A DNA stretch of 64,000 nucleotides from a virus (taxonomy: Duplodnaviria > Caudoviricetes): positions 61,584 through 125,583 of the IMG/VR virus record IMGVR_UViG_3300042924_008490. One strand, written 5' to 3'. Shown one piece after another: positions 44,284 to 53,481 of this stretch. The position numbers and the translations under genes are program-made. The notes under the pieces were generated by a model. It did not search any database. It was given only the letters and a program-made list of their open reading frames with translations, and had not been told where the DNA came from. The number at the start of each line of letters is the position of its first letter. Positions within the stretch are counted from its first letter, which is position 1.

Positions 44284-45648
44284 TGTTTTAATTGTGAATA
44301 ATGGGGGTTCTTTTGGGACAAAAAAAAATCTTCAATTGAACCCTCTTTTTTTCAAAAGAAAATTTGGAATATTCAAAAACAATTCTTACCTTTGCTATGA
44401 ACAAATACTTATTGGTTTGGAAGAACTTTTCCACTAAAGAAACTGTAAGGCAAACCTTAGCCTTATCAAGAGAAGAAGTTGAACTGTACTTTAAAATGCT
44501 GTTGGACAAATCTGAACTTCCTTTGAAGTTGATTGATATTAAATTTGTTGAAATTATAAAACTTTAAAGACTATGAAAAATTTCAAATTGACTGAGGAAC
44601 AATTCATTCTCCTAACTGCAAACAGCTTGACTCTAAAGAATAATTATATTCGTGAGATGGACAAAGCTGAACACCAAGAGCTAAAAGATTTCTACCAAAA
44701 AGAAATCGATAGGATAAATGAACTTTTTGATAGCCTTAATTTTAAATTTAAAACTGATTTCTGATGGAAAACTACATAGATTTATTGGACAGACTCACAA
44801 AAGAAAAAGAGCAAAACGACCAATTGGAAAAAGAAATTGGTTCTGCTGAACTGAACTTCCTTTGGACATCAGTTGTACCTCTGTTGGACTTCATTTGCTT
44901 TATAAACTATGAAAGAAAGTATAAGATAAACCACTTGGGAACTTATTATTCTTTCATTAGAGGAGATATTCCTGAAAGCTATTTCAGAGAAGCTGTAAGG
45001 TATAACGTTTTCAACAAAGGACAATTCAGTGAAATGTTCCATTGTGACCCTGAAATAATTGATATCAGGGTTGAACGTTCAAACAATTTTTTCAAGTTGA
45101 AAATTACAGGGACAAATTGGATTTCAACTGAACAAGGTCTGAAAGAAGTCAAAAGAAACTTCAATTCAATTGATGAACTTGTCTTAGATATAACAAAGTT
45201 CTTAGTTGATAAAGCTGAAATTCTTGAATAAACTTGATTGATTTATTGTGCAAAAATAACTTTACTATGGAAAAATATTATGAATTAGCAGAAAAAGCTT
45301 TTGGGCAATTTTATAATGGCATACCTGCGCCAATTGGAGAAGATAAATACCATGTTTGTCATATTGCTGCAACCATTATGATGACAAGAGATAAAGTTCT
45401 GTTAGGTGGAAGCTTTGTTCAAGCTGTTGTAGATAATAACCTTGAACAAGCTGTCAACAGAGCTGATTCAGTATGTATAGGGAACTTGGTTTTTTTCGTT
45501 TATTGCAGGAATTTTATTTACCTTTAAAAATAAATTTAATTTTTTCAAAAGAAATTTTAAAATTTATTTGGAAATTAGAATTCTTTTCACTACTTTTGTA
45601 GGACATTAGTTTTATAACATTTCATTTCACTATTTAAAACTTACTATC

Positions 45649-46479
45649 ATGAGCTACACTATTCTTTATGCAAAGCAATTCATCAAGATTGATGAAAACA
45701 GAGTAATTCCGTTTATACTTCAAGGAGACAATAACGTCTATGAAAGCAACAATAAACGTGCAAGAGATTGGAGCAATTCTCGTATGTTCAATAGAACCAT
45801 TATAACTTCCAAGGAAGATTTGCTTCAAGGTATTGAAAGATTCAAACAGGACACCGTTGAACGCTGTAATGAATATGTAAAACGATATGACGAAACTTGG
45901 GCTTATGACGAAAAAAGATTCGGCTACCATACAGGTATTGCTATTGGAGGAAGTCATACAACTAAGACCACCTTCAGTATGTTCAAAAACTTCTTTGTTA
46001 GCGGAATTAACAATGCTAAAACCATTGAACAATTAAGAAACTTAGGTTGTTCTTTAGGAATAAGAATTAGCACCTACGATAACAAAAATATTACAGGAGC
46101 AGGACTCGAAATTAAACCTACTGTAAACTTCACTTCAACTGAACAAGCTATTGCCACCATTGAAGAATATGAAGCTTACTACAAAGGACATAATGTTTAC
46201 TTGTACATTTATGCCTACGGAATGGACAGAGTAGTTGAAAAAATGAAAAAACGTAAAGCTCCTAAGCAAAAAGAGAAGGTTGACCAATACTTTCAAATAA
46301 ATACTCCCTTTGGACTGTTCGTCAAAAATACTTCAAGAACATTCCAATACAGCGGAATTTATAATGCTAAAGCCTTTAGGACAGAAAAAGCTGCCAACAA
46401 GAGCTTGGACATTCTGAAGAATAAATTCCCTCAGTATAACTTCTCTGTTGAACTTGTACAAAAGGAAGCTTACGTTTAA
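45649..46479 (+). CDS. Hypothetical protein
   Basis: 276-aa ORF after a promoter module. Confidence 0.6.
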   Translation: MSYTILYAKQFIKIDENRVIPFILQGDNNVYESNNKRARDWSNSRMFNRTIITSKEDLLQGIERFKQDTVERCNEYVKRYDETWAYDEKRFGYHTGIAIGGSHTTKTTFSMFKNFFVSGINNAKTIEQLRNLGCSLGIRISTYDNKNITGAGLEIKPTVNFTSTEQAIATIEEYEAYYKGHNVYLYIYAYGMDRVVEKMKKRKAPKQKEKVDQYFQINTPFGLFVKNTSRTFQYSGIYNAKAFRTEKAANKSLDILKNKFPQYNFSVELVQKEAYV

Positions 46480-47410
46480 TTTTTAGGACACTTCAAGGGA
46501 AACATATTTCAAATGAATCCTTGTTTCCCTTGGAAATTTATTAACTTATAACTATATTCACACCATGAAAGCAAGAAAAACAATTGAAGTTGGACTGATA
46601 AAGGAATTTGCTAATAACAAATTAGCAAACCCTAACAATACCTTTGAGGAAAAGCTTGGCATCATCTCCATGATTGAACATGTCCTCCTTAAAGCAAATG
46701 CTTATAATGGATTTATGTTCATTAAATTACCCAATGGGACAGCACCTGCTCTTGGGACTGAAGAATGGTGTAACAGAAAGTACCTTTGACCGCCTTTTTT
46801 ACCCTTTTTTGCCACAGTTGAGAAATAAGTGATATATGATTGATTATAAAGAGGAATTTTACCTCAAAAGTTGGTCATAATTGCTTAAAAATGAGTGATT
46901 TGTACAGTAAAAATGCCATATTTTTTTGTACTTTTGACATCTTCTTTATTCTATATATAAGAGAAACTCAAAAGTATAGTTTTTTAGCTTAAAAATTGGA
47001 CATAAAAGCTTATAAATTAACGAGTTGTACAGCAATTTTGACTAAATATTTGGTACTTTTGAGGTGAAATTTGGACAAAATACTATCACTTATAAACCAA
47101 AAATGTCAACTGTAGCAAAAAAGTTGGTCATAATAGTCTAAAAATCAATGATTTGGACATAAAATAACATAAAATTGCCTTAATAGTTTTCCATTGTCTG
47201 TCTTTTTGTTAGTGTCAGACCCCTGTAGCAACCCAAAGCACAGGGGTTTTTTATTTTGAGGCTATAGGTTATAATAAATAAGCAGGTCATCTTTATAATA
47301 AACTGTTACAAGTTGGACTTCAAAAGAAAGTTGGACTTCATTTGGACTAAAAATTATTCAGATGGGACATTTTTCTAAAGAAGCTATATATTTATATTAA
47401 AAATATAATT

Positions 47411-47788
47411 ATGGACACTACTTTAAACCCACTAAGTGAACTTGACCTTTTCCAATGCTTGGAACATGCACATATTCAATTCAAATTTTGGCATCACGAA
47501 ACTACATCATATGCTGAACATAATGCAACAGGTGGCTTCTATGATAGCCTTGCAGATATGTCCGATGCACTTATCGAAACTTACATTGGATGCTATGGTC
47601 GTACTAATGAAGATTTCGGTATGAAATTCAGAGCTTATACAGAAGGTTGTACAACCAAGTACTTAGAATTTTTCATGGAGAAAATGAAACAACATCAAGA
47701 GGAAATTAAAGAATCTGCAATCAATAACATTATTGATGAAATTGTAGCGTTGGCTAAAAAAACCAAATACCTTCTTACTCTGAAATAA
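47411..47788 (+). CDS. Ferritin/Dps-like four-helix protein (phage type)
   Basis: WHHETTSYAEHNA...FYD...DALIETYIG.YGR...NIIDEI...KYLLTL. Confidence 0.7.
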   Translation: MDTTLNPLSELDLFQCLEHAHIQFKFWHHETTSYAEHNATGGFYDSLADMSDALIETYIGCYGRTNEDFGMKFRAYTEGCTTKYLEFFMEKMKQHQEEIKESAINNIIDEIVALAKKTKYLLTLK

Positions 47789-47919
47789 TATTATTCCTCT
47801 TGGAAAATAAAAAGGTTCTATTGAAAAATAGAACCTTTTTTTATTAGAGATGTGATTATAAATAAAAAACGTTTTGCTGATGTCAACAAAACGTTTTTCT
47901 AAATTAGAAATACTATTTC

Positions 47920-48087
47920 TTATTTCGCAGAATCAACTGCAACTGTATCAACAGATACTTTAACTGAATCAGCTTTCAAAGAATCACAGTTTTCTTTGCA
48001 ATCTTTTTTATCGCAAGCTTTTTTAGTTTCACAAGAAGTAAAAGCAACAGAAGCCAATACTGCAAAAATCAAAATCAAATTTTTCAT
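47920..48087 (-). CDS. Small lipoprotein (55 aa, below ORF-track cutoff)
   Basis: MKNLILIFAVLASVAFTS-C lipobox. Confidence 0.6.
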   Translation of the reverse strand: MKNLILIFAVLASVAFTSCETKKACDKKDCKENCDSLKADSVKVSVDTVAVDSAK

Positions 48088-48481
48088 TAGAGGTTTTTTA
48101 AAAATAAATGTTTAATAATTGTTTACTTAATTAAATATATAACTCTCAAAAGAAAATTAAACTTCCAAAAAGAATTTTATTTCCTCTGAGATGCCATATC
48201 AGTTTCATTGGAAATTGAACTTGGTTCTTCAGGAACACTCATATCAATTTCTAATCCTTCAAAGTCATCTGTTATGCAAATCATGTACTGAGCATCAGTA
48301 TTAAATTCCTCGAATTCAATAACGTTTTTTAGCATTTCTTCAATCTCTTCCATAGAGTAATTGTCAAGTATGTTATACTTCATAATAAATAATTTTTAAA
48401 GCAGGGAATATTTTCCCCTTGTAAGTGTAATGCAAATATAAAAAAAATTTCCCATATAAATATGGGAAATTGCTATTTTAA

Positions 48482-49402
48482 TTAAAATTTTTTGTAAGTC
48501 ACATCTCTGAAGAATTTTTTAATCTCCTCCACTTGAACATCGTTGTTCCTTAGTAATTTCAAAAGGTCATCAAGAACTGCAGTGTCAGCTGAACTGTCTG
48601 AAGCAAACATCTCATCAGAAGCAAATTCTAACTTCTCAATCAAACTATACTTCTTTGAAACAACCACTTCATCTGAAACCTCTTTATCCTTCTTGAAAAT
48701 ATCTCTCGTCTTTACCTTCTTTACCTCTTTAGCTCCCATCTCATTGGTAATTGTATTTGCTTCAATGGCAGACTCCACAACCTCCACAGTCTTCTCATAG
48801 TCTCCATCGTTGGTCTCTATAATTCTTATGACTGTGTCATGGGAAATCTCCCCTCTCAAACAACGCTGCTTAATCGCTTCAGGAGCTTCCGCAAGCTTCA
48901 GGTATCTATATACCAAGTTGAGCCTCACCTTTCCATCTCCGCTCTCTCCAAGCATGGATGCAATCTTCTTAACATCCCATCCGTAGTTCTTCAATCTCAA
49001 GAAAGCCTCAGCCTGCTCCACAGGATGCAAGTTCTGCTTCTGAACCCCTGTTATAATCATCTCAGCCAATCTTGTCTCAGGATTGCTGCTGACAACAACC
49101 GCCTTTACTCTTGAAATTGGAACTCCTGCTTCCAATAGACTGCTTATGGCTTTATATCTTCTGTGACCATCAACCAATATATAACGCTCTTCTCCCTTCA
49201 CCTTTGAAACCTTCAAAGGGTCTTTGAGCCCATGCTCCTTAATAGACTCTGCCAAGGCATCAATGCCATTATAGTTTCTTCTGACGTTATCATCCCAATT
49301 GACATCAATGGTTCTTATATCAATCGTAACCATGTCTGAACGTGAAGACTTCTCAATAGCTCCAAGCAAATCGTTGTACTGTTCCAAATTTTGTGGATTC
49401 AT
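48482..49402 (-). CDS. parB: ParB/Spo0J-like protein
   Basis: NVR...LAESIKEHGLKDPLKV...LVDGHRRYKA; LHPVEQAEAF; HTH region. Confidence 0.85.
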   Translation of the reverse strand: MNPQNLEQYNDLLGAIEKSSRSDMVTIDIRTIDVNWDDNVRRNYNGIDALAESIKEHGLKDPLKVSKVKGEERYILVDGHRRYKAISSLLEAGVPISRVKAVVVSSNPETRLAEMIITGVQKQNLHPVEQAEAFLRLKNYGWDVKKIASMLGESGDGKVRLNLVYRYLKLAEAPEAIKQRCLRGEISHDTVIRIIETNDGDYEKTVEVVESAIEANTITNEMGAKEVKKVKTRDIFKKDKEVSDEVVVSKKYSLIEKLEFASDEMFASDSSADTAVLDDLLKLLRNNDVQVEEIKKFFRDVTYKKF

Positions 49403-49982
49403 AATACTAAGTTTTAAAAGTTAAATAATGAAGGTTTTAGTTATCCGCCTACAACTTAGACTATGCTTGTCTGCTCAGAAGCTCGTCACACTTCATTACA
49501 TACCCCAATTTGACTATCCTGATGTGTAAGATTTATGGGGATTAACACATCATTAAGTTTCTTACCATGTTTCGAAGAAGCTAAGAAATTGTAATACAAA
49601 GATAGGAAACCTTTTTCTGAATTCCAAATTTTTTCAAAAGAAATTTTAAATTTTTTTCTGAAGAAATAAAATTAATTCTCTTTATCATGTAAAATCCAAA
49701 GGCGTAAACTAATCATAAACCAAATTTGAAAAAATAATAACCAAAACCAAGTCATTAAATCTCGGTCATATTCTATATCGTAGGCAAAAATTATTTTACA
49801 TCAAGAATTTTAACAATTTCGTGTATAATATCTCGCATATTACTAACTGCATATCCCAATTCATCAATTTGATTAGTAATACTAAACATTTCCATATTAG
49901 AATCCATAGCATCAACTAATTCAGATACTCTTTTACCTGCTTCTTCAAGTGTTTCTTGTTTCATATTATTTTATTTAAAAAA

Positions 49983-50091
49983 TAGTCCTGACAGGATTCT
50001 AACCTGTATGTAATATAGAGCTTAATTCAGCATACTTACCTTTTGTCTTTCAACTATTCAGTAATGCGTCTACCAATTCCGCCACAGGACT
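49983..50091 (-). ncRNA. tRNA-like RNA (Leu-type D arm) lacking a canonical anticodon arm
   Basis: Acceptor AGTCCTG/CAGGACT, D arm GGCGGAATTGGTAGACGC, T arm ACAGG-TTAGAAT-CCTGT; 109 nt. Confidence 0.65.
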
Positions 50092-50413
50092 ATTTTATAT
50101 CTTTTAGCTTTCTTAATTCTTCAATCTCGTTTTTAAGCTTATCATTTTCCAAAAAAAGCTTTTCTATTTCTATAGCATTCTGTATGGCAAGTTTTTTATA
50201 TCTTTCAACTTCTTCATTACAGCTCTCAAAATCTTCTAAAGCAACCATCAAAGAACTCTTCAGTGAATTATAGTCCCCTAAGAATTCTAATGATTCCCTT
50301 TGAGAGATAACTATCTGCTCATTGGCAGATGACATAGTTATCCTTTGAAGTTTCTCTACTCCTTGTGAATATCCTGCTATAGGAAACAGTATTAATAATA
50401 GTATCTTTTTCAT
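50090..50413 (-). CDS. Secreted coiled-coil hypothetical protein
   Basis: Signal peptide and heptad-like C-terminus. Confidence 0.45.
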   Translation of the reverse strand: MKKILLLILFPIAGYSQGVEKLQRITMSSANEQIVISQRESLEFLGDYNSLKSSLMVALEDFESCNEEVERYKKLAIQNAIEIEKLFLENDKLKNEIEELRKLKDIK

Positions 50414-51653
50414 TATCCTTATTTGTTAAAACAAAGATAACACTATTTTCTTAAAAAACAAAATTTTCTTCAAAAGAATTTTTATGTTCCTCTATAAATT
50501 TTACATCCCTCACATTCTTATCAGGAAATATCTCCTTCATCTGTATTGTTATATCCTCTATCACCTCAAAGGTTGAATTCGATATAACTGTACATGGAAC
50601 ACCATGCTCATCTATCAAAAATTTTATTAATCTCATAAGTGTAATCTCGTTTAGTTTCTACAAAGGTAAAAACAATTTCTCAAAGAACCAAATTTTTTTT
50701 AAAAATTAAAAAAAATCCTTCTGAAAATTTGGTAGTCTCAAAAGAAAGTCGTACCTTTATATCAGCCAATTGAAATAAGGCATATCCCTGAGACTAAGGT
50801 TCGAAGGTAGGAATAATCCGACCCAACCCTAAATCGAAATCTTCGTATATTTCGTAATATTTTTTTTCGTATATTAGACAGTTGTTATTTATAACAACAA
50901 TTTCATATGAACCAAAAATATTTTAAAAAAAACTTCGAAAAAATTTTGGTTTTCCGATAATTCTTTTTCACCTTTGTTCGACCCAAGGAAGCATGCATTA
51001 CTCCTGAAGGAAACCAATACTTCTAATATACCAAATATACTCCAAATGGAACTCAACATTATACGAAAATTGGATTTTTTCGTTTATATTATGTATTACT
51101 TTCCAAAAAACCCAAACCAAATTTTATTTGGAATTTACCCCCTACCCAAAAGTATAACCCCCGAGAATTTCGACACCACCCCCAAAGGAAATTCTGTTTT
51201 CATATGAAATAAGACTGTTTTACCAAATAAAATTAATTTGACTTCTAAGGGAATTTAGAGGTTTCAAAAGAAATTTTTTGCGTAAGGTATCATTTTTTGG
51301 TACTTTGTGTGAAAAATTTCTTTTTTCTTTTGAAAATTTGAATTTTTTATGAATTTCAGATATATTATAATAAAAACTATTATGATTAGACTATTTGAAA
51401 TTCAGAACTACGCAAACAATCAGGTATTTGATTTGTACGAAATAAATGAAGTTGGTCAAAAGTATAAACGATTTCGTATTCAAAAGCACGAACTAAAAGC
51501 AATTATGAAACCTGCAGATGCCCAAGCATTCGAGTTTGGACAATTGAAGGTTGTACATTTGGAAGAAAGAAAGGTAGAGAATGCTTCTTCTATAATCTAC
51601 TAAAATTCCAATTGGGACAGACAACACTTAAATTTAAATATGGACATTAAAAA

Positions 51654-52280
51654 ATGAAAAACTTTCAAACAATCCTGAAGGAAAAAGGATATTATCAAGG
51701 GGAAATCGATGGAATCATTGGACAGATGAGCTTAAAAGCGACAACTGCATTTGTTTCTGATGAAATTAAGAAACGTAATTGGGTGCAGCCTACAACAGAA
51801 TTCGTATGGATTAGAACCGACCAAACATTGGATAATAAGTTTGCTGATGTATGTGTGAGGTTCAATGGAGGTGTGGCTGATATGGTGATGGCGTGTAGTA
51901 CAGTGCCAGGGGATTACTCCATCTTCAATCCCCTCACAGTAGGTGGAATCACAGGTGCAGCCATTGCATGCGAACAGCAGCAAATTCAATCACATACCTA
52001 CGTAAGCAGCCCTAATTGGAAATCCCTTTGGCTTGGAGCACCTTATTTCATGCAAACAGGTGCTGTTGAAATATTCCGTGATGGAAATAAGAACCGTATA
52101 ATTGATAAAAATATCAGAACCAAAGGATGGTATGGAATAAACTTCCATAGAGCAGGTTTAGGTTCTTTTGTAGATACTTGGTCTGCAGGATGTCAAGTGG
52201 TCGCTGATAACAGTTGGTTTCAAGCGATTAAAATCTTCCAAAATGGACAAAAGATAAACTATACCTTGATTGAACTATAA
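51654..52280 (+). CDS. Putative endolysin/cell-wall enzyme: PG-binding domain plus L,D-transpeptidase-like catalytic domain
   Basis: LKEKGYYQGEIDGIIG; GINFHRA...WSAGCQV. Confidence 0.7.
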   Translation: MKNFQTILKEKGYYQGEIDGIIGQMSLKATTAFVSDEIKKRNWVQPTTEFVWIRTDQTLDNKFADVCVRFNGGVADMVMACSTVPGDYSIFNPLTVGGITGAAIACEQQQIQSHTYVSSPNWKSLWLGAPYFMQTGAVEIFRDGNKNRIIDKNIRTKGWYGINFHRAGLGSFVDTWSAGCQVVADNSWFQAIKIFQNGQKINYTLIEL

Positions 52281-52659
52281 TCTTCCAAAGGAAACAAATA
52301 AACTTTCTTTAGAAACAAAAAGGTTTCCTTTGAAACAAATAAAATTTCTTTGGACAAAAATACGGTAAAAGAAAATGTTTACAGTAGAAACAAATAAAAC
52401 TTCTTTTGAAGCTATAAACCGCCAAAAGTAACAAAAAATACTACTTTTGGCGAAATATAATTTCAAAAGAAGTTTTTGTTTTTTCAAAAGAAAAAAAATA
52501 TTTTCAAAAGAAAAAAATATAATTTCAAAAAACTATATATAAAAAAATAGTATAAAACATTGATAGAATGGGGCTTTCATAAAAAACACCTAATTTTCAT
52601 AAGTTAAAAATTTCTTAATCTGAAAATATATTTCCTTCTTAGTCTGCAAAATAAAATTT

Positions 52660-53145
52660 TCAAATTGAAAGCCTGATGATTTGAACATATTTATCGGGAT
52701 TGAATACAGTATATTGGGATAGGTTATCAATCATAGATATATATCCATTGAAGCCTAAATCTTTTATATAGCGTTTTAAATTTCCTTCATTGAACAGTTC
52801 ATTGGTAGAAATATTTTCTTCAAAGGGAACTGAATCATCGTCTTTAATCCATTTACCCATAAGGGATAATATAAGAACTTCTTTATTATATTTGGTATAG
52901 TGGTAATCTACATACTTTGGTAATATGGTAAGTAGTTCTTTTCTATGTATTGGATTGTGTATATTAAACAGCTTATCTTTTATTTCTACTTTAGCTATAT
53001 AGAAGAACTCATTATCTTCTTTGAAGTCTTCTATTTCTTCTTTTGCTGTAACAGGATTGTCATAGAAGTTATATTCCTCACAATTGAATCTATAATCTCC
53101 TACTACTATTTGTTCTATTGAAGTATAAGCTATAATCTTCTTCAT
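52660..53145 (-). CDS. Hypothetical protein
   Basis: ORF track. Confidence 0.5.
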   Translation of the reverse strand: MKKIIAYTSIEQIVVGDYRFNCEEYNFYDNPVTAKEEIEDFKEDNEFFYIAKVEIKDKLFNIHNPIHRKELLTILPKYVDYHYTKYNKEVLILSLMGKWIKDDDSVPFEENISTNELFNEGNLKRYIKDLGFNGYISMIDNLSQYTVFNPDKYVQIIRLSI

Positions 53146-53481
53146 GGTAATTTGGGTTATGGTAATTTGAATCAGTTATGTTAGGTGGGTATTTTGAATA
53201 TTTTTTATTTAAGGCTTTTTTTTATAAATAGATTTCGAAATTTTTAAATTGAGAACAAAAATATTTTGGATTTTTTTTGTTTTTATGGATTTTAATCTTA
53301 CCTTTGTTGGGTAGGAGCATATTTTGGAAAATTTAGAAATAAGCTCAAATCTCAAAATGTTTTCAAATTCCAATTTCTTCAGGAAACAAACATACCTCTA
53401 TTTAGCACAAAAACAGCCCTTCTTTGAATTTAACCACAAAAGTGGTATCTTTATATTCCAAAAGAAATAAAATGTCTTACA

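Larger units (their letters stand above)
28033..46789 (+). other. Early-gene cassette region: ~50 short co-oriented, mostly hypothetical CDS
   Basis: Short ORFs (e.g. 28673-29011, 30114-30467, 36468-36920, 37356-37805, 42514-42810, 42913-43215, 44764-45231), many preceded by a palindrome/promoter module. Confidence 0.8.

Noticed and set aside
44573-44764. Class I leader (MKNFKLTEEQF)
   Set aside because: Partial match in early-gene context without ATATTTATA; may be coincidental
28582-45600. Integron attC array
   Set aside because: No RYYYAAC/GTTRRRY boxes and no integron integrase; palindromes carry promoters instead
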